Below are positions 28,887 through 36,761 of a stretch of 53,935 nt of DNA, piece by piece. A program made the position numbers and the translations under genes. A model generated the notes under the pieces. It had not been told where the DNA came from. It saw nothing but the letters and a program-made list of their open reading frames with translations, and made no database searches. Source of the DNA: a virus (Duplodnaviria > Caudoviricetes); the IMG/VR virus record IMGVR_UViG_3300048836_000129, positions 1 to 53,935 of that record. The stretch is one strand, 5' to 3'. Within the stretch, counting starts at the first letter, position 1. Every line of letters begins with the position of its first letter.

Positions 28887-29306
28887 ATGGTAAACAAAGT
28901 TACATTGATTGGGTCATTGGGAAAAGATCCCGAAGTAAATCATACTCCTTCCGGTACTTCAATTTGTAGTTTTTCGCTTGCCACATCTGAAAAATGGAAA
29001 GACAAAAACACCAGAGAACAAAAAGAAAAAACCGAATGGCACCGCATCAAAGCTTTCGGAATGATCGGCGACTTATGCGGAAAGTACCTGAAAAAGGGCT
29101 CAAAGGTTTTCATTGAGGGGAAAATCTCCTATTCATCATATGAAAAAGACGGTCGAACGATTTACCAGACTGATATTATCGCCAATGAAGTAAAATTTCT
29201 TGATTCAAAGCCGAAAGAACGTGACTATGGGAACAAGCCACAAGGCCCGAACAGGGAAAACTATGATGGTTATCAGCCGCCCCCTGACGATGATATCCCA
29301 TTTTGA
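28887..29306 (+). CDS. ssb: Single-stranded DNA-binding protein
   Basis: NKVTLIG.LGKDPE, TEWHRI, KGSKVFIEGK, C-terminal DDIPF. Confidence 0.95.
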   Translation: MVNKVTLIGSLGKDPEVNHTPSGTSICSFSLATSEKWKDKNTREQKEKTEWHRIKAFGMIGDLCGKYLKKGSKVFIEGKISYSSYEKDGRTIYQTDIIANEVKFLDSKPKERDYGNKPQGPNRENYDGYQPPPDDDIPF

Positions 29307-29308
29307 TC

Positions 29309-29752
29309 ATGAGCAAACACAACAACAAAATCACAGAAATTGACGGAATAAAATTCAAGTCCGATCTTGAGGCAAGATATTATCTCTTGTTGAAAGACAG
29401 GCTTGAAAAGAGTGAGATATTCGACCTTGTATTGCAACCAAAATTCGAATTGATACCTGGATATATCCAGAACGGGAAAAAGATAAGGCCGGGTCATTAT
29501 GTAGCTGATTTTCAGTTTGTTGAAAAAAGACGAGAAAACGGTCAGACGCATGGTGTTTTGGTGGTTGTCGATACAAAAGGGTTTTTTGATTCTTTGGGAA
29601 AGTGGAAAATAAAACATTTCCAATACTTAAACCCGAGAATCGAATTCAGATTAATTTCATATTCAAAAAAAGATGGGGGATGGATAGATTATTATGACAT
29701 GCAAATGCTCCGAAAAAAAAGAAAAAAAACAAAACCGCGCGGCAATAAATGA
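29309..29752 (+). CDS. DUF1064 nuclease (putative resolvase)
   Basis: DGIKFKSDLEARYY, LQPKFEL, YVADF, VVDTKG. Confidence 0.85.
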   Translation: MSKHNNKITEIDGIKFKSDLEARYYLLLKDRLEKSEIFDLVLQPKFELIPGYIQNGKKIRPGHYVADFQFVEKRRENGQTHGVLVVVDTKGFFDSLGKWKIKHFQYLNPRIEFRLISYSKKDGGWIDYYDMQMLRKKRKKTKPRGNK

Positions 29753-29960
29753 ACCAAGCCCAAAAGGTGTTGGTAAATTCGTACTTCCATCTGTCATCGA
29801 AGATTTGAACGCAAGATCTGAAATGGGTGAGCGGAAATATGGAACAAAACTCAGAATAAACAATGGACGCGATTCTTTGATGGACGCATATCAAGAAGCT
29901 CTTGACCTTGTCGTGTATTTAAAACAGGCTATTATGGAAAGAGAGGATAATTTAAAATGA
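29694..29960 (+). CDS. All-alpha NTP pyrophosphatase-like protein
   Basis: R...G.RKYGT.L....GRD.L.DAYQEALDLVVYL. Confidence 0.55.
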   Translation: MTCKCSEKKEKKQNRAAINEPSPKGVGKFVLPSVIEDLNARSEMGERKYGTKLRINNGRDSLMDAYQEALDLVVYLKQAIMEREDNLK

Positions 29961-30382
29961 ATAATGTACCGACCCCAGAAGAAATTCACGAACTTTCAAA
30001 GTCAAAGGGATGGTGGGAGAGTTCAAGGTCAGAAATTGAACTTGATGCCCTTGCCCATTCCGAGCTTTCCGAGGCCCTTGAAGAATTTCGGAACCAGAAA
30101 GAAGGATGGGAAGATAGATTGTATGTTGAACTTGCTGATTTTTATATAAGGACAATGGATCAAATCGTAGCAAGCTCTGAAAACCTTATTCGAAACGAAT
30201 ATGATGGTACAATACCGCAAAGAATTGGGATACTCCATGACAGCATATCTTTTGAGAGCCCAGACAAAAGAATTTCTAAACTGCTTGAATTGTTTGATCA
30301 TAAAAAACTATATGAAGCAATAGCAAAAAAACACGAGTACAACAAAACACGCCCATATAAACACGGGGGGAAGGCCTGTTAA
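29957..30382 (+). CDS. MazG-like nucleotide pyrophosphohydrolase
   Basis: KGWW, ALAHSELSEALEE, ELADFYIR, KHEYNKTRPYKHGGK. Confidence 0.85.
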   Translation: MNNVPTPEEIHELSKSKGWWESSRSEIELDALAHSELSEALEEFRNQKEGWEDRLYVELADFYIRTMDQIVASSENLIRNEYDGTIPQRIGILHDSISFESPDKRISKLLELFDHKKLYEAIAKKHEYNKTRPYKHGGKAC

Positions 30383-30383
30383 C

Positions 30384-30560
30384 ATGATGTGCTATAGAGA
30401 TCGGACCTTTTGCAGTTTTTATGTTGATTGCGCTGTAAAAGACTGCGACCGTGCTTTGACTCCAGAAATTGAAGATAGGGCGCAAAAGATCGGAATGCTA
30501 ATATGCGAATTTGCAGAACAACCTAAATGTTTCAAGGCGAAAAAAGATGAAATGCCCTAA
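30384..30560 (+). CDS. Small Cys-rich protein (58 aa; not in ORF track)
   Basis: Manual translation MMCYRDRTFCSFYVDC..DCDRALT; fills the gap between coupled genes. Confidence 0.6.
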   Translation: MMCYRDRTFCSFYVDCAVKDCDRALTPEIEDRAQKIGMLICEFAEQPKCFKAKKDEMP

Positions 30561-30738
30561 GTGTGGATCTGAAATGCACTTTTTTTATGGCAATATGTGG
30601 GATTATGACATGTGGCGTTGTATGAAATATGATCCCACAAAACAATTAGGAAAACGGCATTGTGATGGTTGTATTGAATTGGATCAAACAACCATCATAA
30701 ACGCAGATGGATCGACAGAGGTTATAAAATATGAATAA
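30547..30738 (+). CDS. Zn-ribbon small protein
   Basis: MKCPKCGSEM. Confidence 0.55.
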   Translation: MKCPKCGSEMHFFYGNMWDYDMWRCMKYDPTKQLGKRHCDGCIELDQTTIINADGSTEVIKYE

Positions 30739-31222
30739 TAAAAAACAAGTTGTTGAAACGATAAAAAAAACACTGGACGAACTGACGTTCGTGTCTGGAA
30801 TCCATTTCAACGGCGAAAATGCCGTAAAACTCATGATTATGACATCTGCTCATGAATCGTTATTATTCGAACATAAAATTCAAATAGGCGGTGGCCCTGC
30901 CCGAGGAATATTCCAGATGGAGCCGCCAACATATTACGACACATGGAAAAATGTGATCAATATCAGGCCGAAACTTAAGAACGCCCTGAAAAAGATGAAT
31001 ATCCAGATGAACAGCGCGAGTCTTATGGATGATCGACACGCCACAATTATTGGAAGAATCCAATACTACCGTTTTTCGGAGGCGATTCCAGATGCAAATG
31101 ATCTGTGGAGTCTTGCCGCATACGCCAAAAAATATTGGAATACACAAAAAGGAAAGGCCACGGTAAATGATTATTACGTGGCCTATAAAAACTTGATGAA
31201 TATTATCAAGCATGATGGTTAA
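30731..31222 (+). CDS. Putative endolysin (lysozyme-like fold)
   Basis: TSAHES (catalytic Glu), GGGPARGIFQME, YAKKYWNT..GK. Confidence 0.7.
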   Translation: MNNKKQVVETIKKTLDELTFVSGIHFNGENAVKLMIMTSAHESLLFEHKIQIGGGPARGIFQMEPPTYYDTWKNVINIRPKLKNALKKMNIQMNSASLMDDRHATIIGRIQYYRFSEAIPDANDLWSLAAYAKKYWNTQKGKATVNDYYVAYKNLMNIIKHDG

Positions 31223-31242
31223 AGATAACATACGAAGAAGTT

Positions 31243-31560
31243 TTATATTTCCCAACATGCAAGCGCATAATTATCCCTGAAATCATGCCTGATAAACCAA
31301 AACGAACTTACCATATTGCGACCTCTTGTAACTCTATCAAGAGGCCAGCCCATAGATTTACATGCTGACATAGCTTCTTTTTTATAGCAATATGTTAATG
31401 CCATCGAAGGGTTCTTGAAATATGTTTTTCCTCTTTTTGTATAGAAGGAAACAAGCTGCCTAATCACATTTCCTTTTTCATCGAGATATACAGCCATTCC
31501 CTGCTCTTCAAATTCTCGCAACATATTCACATCCTTCCCGCCAAAGCGGATTAAGCCCAT
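31243..31560 (-). CDS. Hypothetical protein
   Basis: ORF in inverted cassette. Confidence 0.55.
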   Translation of the reverse strand: MGLIRFGGKDVNMLREFEEQGMAVYLDEKGNVIRQLVSFYTKRGKTYFKNPSMALTYCYKKEAMSACKSMGWPLDRVTRGRNMVSSFWFIRHDFRDNYALACWEI

Positions 31561-31581
31561 GATCTCTGAACCTTTTTTTGT

Positions 31582-31605
31582 TCCCCTATCGGTTAGGATA
31601 GGGGA
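31582..31605. terminator. GC-rich hairpin (possible terminator or RNA-stability element)
   Basis: TCCCCTATC-N6-GATAGGGGA; only a weak U-tract on the plus strand. Confidence 0.4.
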
Positions 31606-31618
31606 TTGGTTTATATGC

Positions 31619-31804
31619 TTAAACCGTCAAAAATTTAGACCAATCTGATCTTATTTCTGGCTGGTCAATCACTTCATGGGCGATAAGTGCGCCAGATGCT
31701 TTGTCAGTGTAAATGCGTATAGCTGTTCCATTGATTTTAACAGTTCCTACGTTTGCAATACCTGATGGCGCAAGTACGTGCGCACATTCTTCTTTTGTTT
31801 CCAT
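31619..31804 (-). CDS. Hypothetical protein
   Basis: ORF downstream of a promoter; true start may lie slightly upstream. Confidence 0.45.
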   Translation of the reverse strand: METKEECAHVLAPSGIANVGTVKINGTAIRIYTDKASGALIAHEVIDQPEIRSDWSKFLTV

Positions 31805-31881
31805 GGCTTTTTTATGTCATTTTTTGTTATCATATTCGTTCTCCTTTGTTGTTTTTGTTAATTCCCTCACTCTTTGATTAC

Positions 31882-31909
31882 ATCTTACCACTTTCAGTTT
31901 TAATGTCAA
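31882..31909 (-). promoter_or_regulatory. Extended -10 promoter (same family)
   Basis: TTGACA-N13-TGG-TAAGAT. Confidence 0.7.
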
Positions 31910-31928
31910 GTATTATTTTATGTTTTTA

Positions 31929-32396
31929 TCATAAAATAATTGATTCATAAATTTGACGATGGTCGATGTGGTTCAGAATCTCAATTCCATACATGCCCTT
32001 GATTTTCTTGATGTTTTCCACTGGAGTTATCAAGACCTTGGAGTCAAGATAGTCAATAAAATCATTTTTTGAAAAACCAAAAGACTTGATATTTTTTAAA
32101 ACATCTTTGAAATCTGTGTTCTGGATCATAAGTCCGGATATTTTATCCAGATTCCCAAAATCCAAAACCGGCCCCAGGTGTATTTCGAAACAGTCGTCCT
32201 TTTCGATGATTTCGGTAATCTGACATGTCATCCATTGCGACTTTGTATTCCGGCCATTAACGATCCTGGCCGTGGAATATTTCCGGAACGCCAGACGAGA
32301 ATACCAGTATGGAGATTTGTCGCGGTATTCAATTGTTTTATCGCCACATAGGATGGCCTCGAAATGGTGTCGGTGGATCGGAATTGTGAGTTGCAT
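31929..32396 (-). CDS. ASCH-domain protein
   Basis: FEAILCGDKTIEYR...YWYSRL. Confidence 0.75.
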   Translation of the reverse strand: MQLTIPIHRHHFEAILCGDKTIEYRDKSPYWYSRLAFRKYSTARIVNGRNTKSQWMTCQITEIIEKDDCFEIHLGPVLDFGNLDKISGLMIQNTDFKDVLKNIKSFGFSKNDFIDYLDSKVLITPVENIKKIKGMYGIEILNHIDHRQIYESIIL

Positions 32397-32597
32397 TTAT
32401 GATATCCTCCTAACACAATAAACCTTCTCGGCGGTTTCAGTTTTCGGCCATACCATGATGGCCTGTTCCGATGTGAATTTTTTCCCCTTGATCCCGGCGA
32501 TGTATGCCGAAATCTTTTTAGGATCAATCCCCCGGTAAAACACCTCGCCCATTACAGGCAAGGCCGAAAGCTCTTGGCGATCAATTTTTGTTTTCAT
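32397..32597 (-). CDS. Hypothetical protein
   Basis: GAGG RBS; abuts the ASCH gene. Confidence 0.6.
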   Translation of the reverse strand: MKTKIDRQELSALPVMGEVFYRGIDPKKISAYIAGIKGKKFTSEQAIMVWPKTETAEKVYCVRRIS

Positions 32598-32687
32598 GGT
32601 ATCCTCAGAAAGATGTTATTTCTTTGTATTTCAATTCCAACAATATCTTTTTTATCATATATTTCAAATACCTTTATCATTTAAGCC

Positions 32688-33017
32688 TCACATGAATAGA
32701 TCGCAAATTTTCATCATATTATATTTTTTTATTCCAGTTTTCCAGGAATAATAAGGGGAAGTGATATAATTGGCGCATGGAACATTAAGATCACCAAATA
32801 TTGAAAAAGGGCATTTTTTGCAATCACCTTTGTAAAAAATACATGCAAAACATATATTTTCATATCTTGCTATCGCTGTAATATTTGATTGATATTTTTC
32901 ATTATATCCATTTTCAATCATATCGTTCCAATGCTCAACAACAAGGTCTTTCATTTGTTCTTCTGTCAGCGTTTCAATATCGTAGTTTTCTTTTATCCAA
33001 TCAAGCTTTGTTTTCAT
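32688..33017 (-). CDS. Cys-rich hypothetical protein (paralog of 42569..42811)
   Basis: CFAC....DCKKCPF. Confidence 0.6.
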   Translation of the reverse strand: MKTKLDWIKENYDIETLTEEQMKDLVVEHWNDMIENGYNEKYQSNITAIARYENICFACIFYKGDCKKCPFSIFGDLNVPCANYITSPYYSWKTGIKKYNMMKICDLFM

Positions 33018-33035
33018 TTTTTATTTCCCATTTAA

Positions 33036-33275
33036 TTATTCGTGGTCAAGTGATTGAATTGTATGAAGCTGTGTCCACCTTATATTTTCCATATTCATGA
33101 GATCTTTAATAATATTAAGATCAGATTCTCTTTCAACATCAAAATGATAATACACTGGAGAAAGCCAATCTCTTGATTCAATCCAGTTATAAACGTAATC
33201 ATTTTTTATTGCCGAATGAACATCTACCAGTTTATAAATATCGTGGTTATGAATTTGAAATTTTCCTTTTGTCAT
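33036..33275 (-). CDS. Hypothetical protein
   Basis: Coupled ORF with GGAG RBS. Confidence 0.55.
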   Translation of the reverse strand: MTKGKFQIHNHDIYKLVDVHSAIKNDYVYNWIESRDWLSPVYYHFDVERESDLNIIKDLMNMENIRWTQLHTIQSLDHE

Positions 33276-33553
33276 TTTCTTTCTCCTTTCAATTGTAACT
33301 CAGCCCTTTCCCTTGCCACAGCATAAAGAGGATGGCACCCAAACAATACAACTTTCCCGCAATCAAAATAGTCTTCCAAGGTATTTGTTTCGTTTTCATA
33401 TTCCTTGAATATTTTTCCAAGATTTCGATCATAAGCCTTGGCGTATATTGTGACGCATTTTCGACCGTCAATTCTATTATCAAGAGAATATAAAACCCTT
33501 GCTTTTATTTTGGTTTCTGTATCCGTTACATTGTGCTTATTGAATTTTATCAT
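33272..33553 (-). CDS. Hypothetical phage protein
   Basis: MIKFNKH...EDYFDCGKV..HPLY; AGGAG RBS; first gene after a promoter. Confidence 0.65.
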   Translation of the reverse strand: MIKFNKHNVTDTETKIKARVLYSLDNRIDGRKCVTIYAKAYDRNLGKIFKEYENETNTLEDYFDCGKVVLFGCHPLYAVARERAELQLKGERK

Positions 33554-33588
33554 TTTCAGCTCCTATTATTGTTCGTTCATTTGCCTCC

Positions 33589-33616
33589 ATATTACCACAA
33601 CCGTTTCCCATGTCAA
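33589..33616 (-). promoter_or_regulatory. Extended -10 promoter (same family)
   Basis: TTGACA-N13-TGG-TAATAT. Confidence 0.7.
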
Positions 33617-33649
33617 CCATTTTATTCAAAAAACATAAAAATAATTTAT

Positions 33650-33679
33650 CTTGAATAAAAACACATGTAAGGCTATAAA
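33650..33679 (+). promoter_or_regulatory. Putative late promoter
   Basis: CTTGAATAAA.A.ACATG motif shared with 43706; TTGAAT-17-TATAAA. Confidence 0.5.
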
Positions 33680-33717
33680 ATAACTAATAATAATCAAAAA
33701 TGCCTTTGGGGGGATAT

Positions 33718-34041
33718 GTGGAAAAATGGCTTATTGTAATTGGCGGGGTTTTCGGTACTGGAATAGTCGTTTATATCGTCCAGAGGTGGATTCAAGGGCT
33801 CGAAAAGAGTTTTCAAGATGGCCTTTTGCTCTTGAGCCAAAAACTTGATTTATCAATTCAATTAGTTAGGGAAACAATCCACCCTCTCCAGAAACTCGCC
33901 GAAAAAACAGCCTTTGAACTCGATACGGAAAAAGAAAAACGTATTATGTGCGTCCTGAATAATAAAGACATATATGCACTTAAAACAGAGCATCAGGCCC
34001 TTGAAAAAGAAGTCAATAAAATAAGGACTATGATAAAATGA
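33718..34041 (+). CDS. Single-TM coiled-coil protein, holin-like candidate
   Basis: WLIVIGGVFGTGIVVYIV helix followed by coiled coil; head of the late operon; start uncertain (GTG 33718 or ATG 33700). Confidence 0.5.
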   Translation: MEKWLIVIGGVFGTGIVVYIVQRWIQGLEKSFQDGLLLLSQKLDLSIQLVRETIHPLQKLAEKTAFELDTEKEKRIMCVLNNKDIYALKTEHQALEKEVNKIRTMIK

Positions 34042-34107
34042 CCGCGTTTGCTTGCATTTTTATTTTTTGTGTGATAGCCTTAGCCATATGGGAACTTGAT
34101 CATCATG

Positions 34108-34290
34108 ACGATGATACGATTTGAAAATGAATCTATAAAAAAAGCCGTTGACCATATCTCTAAAACAATCTCCGCATGGTCCGATGGTGATTATATCCCG
34201 GATGATTTCATATTGGGTGAAATCGAAAACGCCATGGATAGTTTAAAAATGGAGATTAAATCTTATGATGATGAAGTACATGACCCATGA
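34108..34290 (+). CDS. Hypothetical protein
   Basis: ORF; start uncertain. Confidence 0.4.
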   Translation, partial: TMIRFENESIKKAVDHISKTISAWSDGDYIPDDFILGEIENAMDSLKMEIKSYDDEVHDP

Positions 34291-34558
34291 CGGAGAGGTC
34301 GGCGGATATTTTGATATTGCCGAAATCGTATTATGGAAAAGAGGTGCAACAGATCCTCATATCATGATTGATAAAAATGGAGATATTAAAAAGCTTCCAA
34401 AAAGAACAAAGCCAGTGAGAAAAAAGGCAAAAGAACCACACAGATATAAAGCCAACAACAAAATGGCCAAACCGGACCCGATTTCAAGATGGTTTTTCGC
34501 CGTCACAGAAAACTATATCAATTCACTCCACAAACTCATAACATGGGATTATCAATGA
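34265..34558 (+). CDS. Hypothetical protein
   Basis: Coupled ORF. Confidence 0.5.
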   Translation: MMMKYMTHDGEVGGYFDIAEIVLWKRGATDPHIMIDKNGDIKKLPKRTKPVRKKAKEPHRYKANNKMAKPDPISRWFFAVTENYINSLHKLITWDYQ

Positions 34559-35088
34559 AAAAGATCATCGTATTTATCGCAATTATCGGACTTTCAGCTT
34601 GCTCGAAAAAGAACATTGAAACATCTGCCCAAGTATCAATGATCGACGGGAAACCAGCCGTGACCATCACAGTACAGCCCAAAAGCGAAACAAAACCCCA
34701 GATATCAATCACTGAAGATGATGTACGCCGGGCACTGGAAACAAATGAACCTCCTGTTCCGGTTGAATTTGATATTTTTTTCGATTTCGATAGCGCCAGC
34801 CTGAAACCCGAATCAATGGATATGCTTGAATCAATTTCCACCATGCTGAAATTCTATTCAGGGCTTGAATTGATTATTGAGGGGCATACCGACGAACGAG
34901 GAACGGAAGAATATAACATCGCCCTTGGTGATAAACGTGCGGCGTGCGTCAAAAAATACCTTGAAAAACTTGGAGTCAATACCGATAAATATCAGGTTGT
35001 TAGCTATGGAGAAGAAAAACCGTTCGCCGATGGAAATACAGAGGAATCATACAAATTAAACAGACGAGTTCACGCTCATTCAAAATGA
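34555..35088 (+). CDS. Pal/OmpA-like peptidoglycan-binding lipoprotein
   Basis: Lipoprotein signal MKKIIVFIAIIGLSA|C; IFFDFDS, IEGHTDERGTEEYNIALGDKRA, SYGEEKP, NRRV. Confidence 0.9.
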   Translation: MKKIIVFIAIIGLSACSKKNIETSAQVSMIDGKPAVTITVQPKSETKPQISITEDDVRRALETNEPPVPVEFDIFFDFDSASLKPESMDMLESISTMLKFYSGLELIIEGHTDERGTEEYNIALGDKRAACVKKYLEKLGVNTDKYQVVSYGEEKPFADGNTEESYKLNRRVHAHSK

Positions 35089-35163
35089 ATAACACCCGGC
35101 AACACTATGATTGGATAATATGCGTTCGCAGGTTGTCGGGTTATTTTTAACGGTAGGTGTTTT

Positions 35164-35595
35164 ATGAAGACCAAAGAACCAAAAAAGAAAATGGGAAGGC
35201 CACCGAAGGAAATCAGCAAAAGCATATTCGAGGAACTATGCAAAATCCAATGCACCGAAGAAGAGATAGCCGGTGTGTTTAGTTGTTCGGTAGATACCAT
35301 ATACCGATTCTGCAAAAAAACGTATGATAACAAAAGTTTTGCGGATGTTTTTAAACAGTTTTCATCCCATGGAAAGTCTGCCATACGTAGGCAGCAGTTT
35401 CACATCATGAACAACGGAAACGCAGCTATGGCCATATGGTTAGGGAAACAATATTTGGGTCAAAAGGAGCAACCGGAGATTACGTTATATGATGGTGGAG
35501 AGGCATTGACCCCAGATGAACGGGCACGGCTTACCAGGATGAGGATGCAAACGGAACTTTCCCCGCTTGACAATTTATGCGAAAGTAATAAATGA
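35164..35595 (+). CDS. terS: Terminase small subunit
   Basis: MGRPPKEI, CTEEEIA HTH, GNAAMAIWLGKQYLGQ; upstream of terL. Confidence 0.8.
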   Translation: MKTKEPKKKMGRPPKEISKSIFEELCKIQCTEEEIAGVFSCSVDTIYRFCKKTYDNKSFADVFKQFSSHGKSAIRRQQFHIMNNGNAAMAIWLGKQYLGQKEQPEITLYDGGEALTPDERARLTRMRMQTELSPLDNLCESNK

Positions 35596-35696
35596 CGTTT
35601 TTTTATTGTTCTTTTGAAACCGTTGATATTATTTGATAAAAACGTATAGTTGAACTGTGTGCGGTTAACATTGCCCACGGGCGGGATACCTAAAAA

Positions 35697-36311
35697 ATGA
35701 TTGAATCGAATCGGAAAAAAATAGCGGCATTATTTGTCCAGCCCGATGGTTGCTATATAAATATACCTATTATTGATATGTGGCCAGAGTATAGAGACGC
35801 GAGAAAATATTATGGAGACATGCCGGTTATAGCGCATCCGCCCTGCCAGTTATGGGGTAAAATGGCAAAAATAAACTATAAAAGATGGGGTGGAGATCAT
35901 AACAAGCCCGGAAATGATGGTGGGTGTTTTAAATTCGCTCTTGACACAGTTAATAGAGTCGGTGGCGTCATAGAACATCCTGCCCAGACATACGCATGGA
36001 ATGAATATGGATTGTCAAAACCTGAAAAAAATAAATGGGTTAAAAGCGGCATAGGATGGGTTTGCGAAGTATGGCAGTCTGCATATGGCCATAAAGCAAA
36101 TAAAGCGACATGGCTTTATTATGTTGGAAAATCAAAACCATTTGATATTATATGGGACCGTCCGAAAGGATCACATCAGATAGGGCATTATGATCAGCGC
36201 GGGAAAAGTTCAAATAAGCCCACTCTAAACAAAAAAGAAAGCAACGCAACCCCGATAAAATTCAGAGACGAACTCATAAAACTTGCTTTGTATTCTTGTG
36301 ATGTCCTATGA
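35697..36311 (+). CDS. Short atypical C5-cytosine methyltransferase-like protein
   Basis: DAR.Y, IAHPPCQ (motif IV), VIEHP (motif VI), YGH.A.KATWL (motif VIII-like). Confidence 0.65.
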   Translation: MIESNRKKIAALFVQPDGCYINIPIIDMWPEYRDARKYYGDMPVIAHPPCQLWGKMAKINYKRWGGDHNKPGNDGGCFKFALDTVNRVGGVIEHPAQTYAWNEYGLSKPEKNKWVKSGIGWVCEVWQSAYGHKANKATWLYYVGKSKPFDIIWDRPKGSHQIGHYDQRGKSSNKPTLNKKESNATPIKFRDELIKLALYSCDVL

Positions 36312-36490
36312 CGAAAGAACAAGCCGAGTTTGTCAGAGAGTTGAGGGTTGACCGTGGATGTTCTTGGCGCAGGCTTCATGAATTATATTGTGAAAGATAT
36401 GACAAGGAAAACATGTGGCCGGGCAACCAGATAGAGGGCCGTGATTTGTGTGTTGAGGCTTCTGTTATTCTTGAAGTTGAAATTGAATAA
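36308..36490 (+). CDS. Small HTH-like protein
   Basis: VRELRVDRGCSWRRL; ATGA coupling. Confidence 0.55.
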   Translation: MTKEQAEFVRELRVDRGCSWRRLHELYCERYDKENMWPGNQIEGRDLCVEASVILEVEIE

Positions 36491-36514
36491 AAAAAGCCCT
36501 GATCAAGAGGCTTT
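36488..36514 (-). terminator. Rho-independent terminator (minus strand, possibly bidirectional)
   Basis: AAAGCCTCTTGATCAGGGCTTTTTTT on the minus strand. Confidence 0.7.
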
Positions 36515-36718
36515 CCGCATTGGTTGCGGCGCGTCGAATGACCAGGGCTTGCCATATTGCCAGCGCTGACAACATGGGGGGGCATGAAGCCCATGGCGTA
36601 ACACGACTATAAAATGCCGTGACATTGGTCATGGAACAATTAAAACGGCGCTTGTTTTGCCAGGCGGGCACAAACGCCAAAGCCAATATTTCAAAAGCTT
36701 AAATCACATAAACCATAC
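36488..36718 (-). ncRNA. Candidate ~230-nt structured small RNA
   Basis: GC-rich non-coding island with several helices, bounded by a near-consensus promoter and a terminator on the minus strand. Confidence 0.55.
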
Positions 36719-36724
36719 AGATTT

Positions 36725-36753
36725 AATATAAAGTTTTTAAAAAAATAAGTCAA
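36725..36753 (-). promoter_or_regulatory. Sigma70 promoter for the candidate sRNA
   Basis: TTGACT-17 bp-TATATT. Confidence 0.6.
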
Positions 36754-36761
36754 CATAAAAA

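Noticed and set aside
36465-36686. 73-aa minus-strand ORF (and 36376..36594) explaining the GC-rich island
   Set aside because: Weak start, no RBS, runs through the terminator, no protein-like features; structured RNA fits better
36515-36690. tRNA or tmRNA
   Set aside because: No cloverleaf, no T-loop (GTTCRA) in a stem and no acceptor-end CCA
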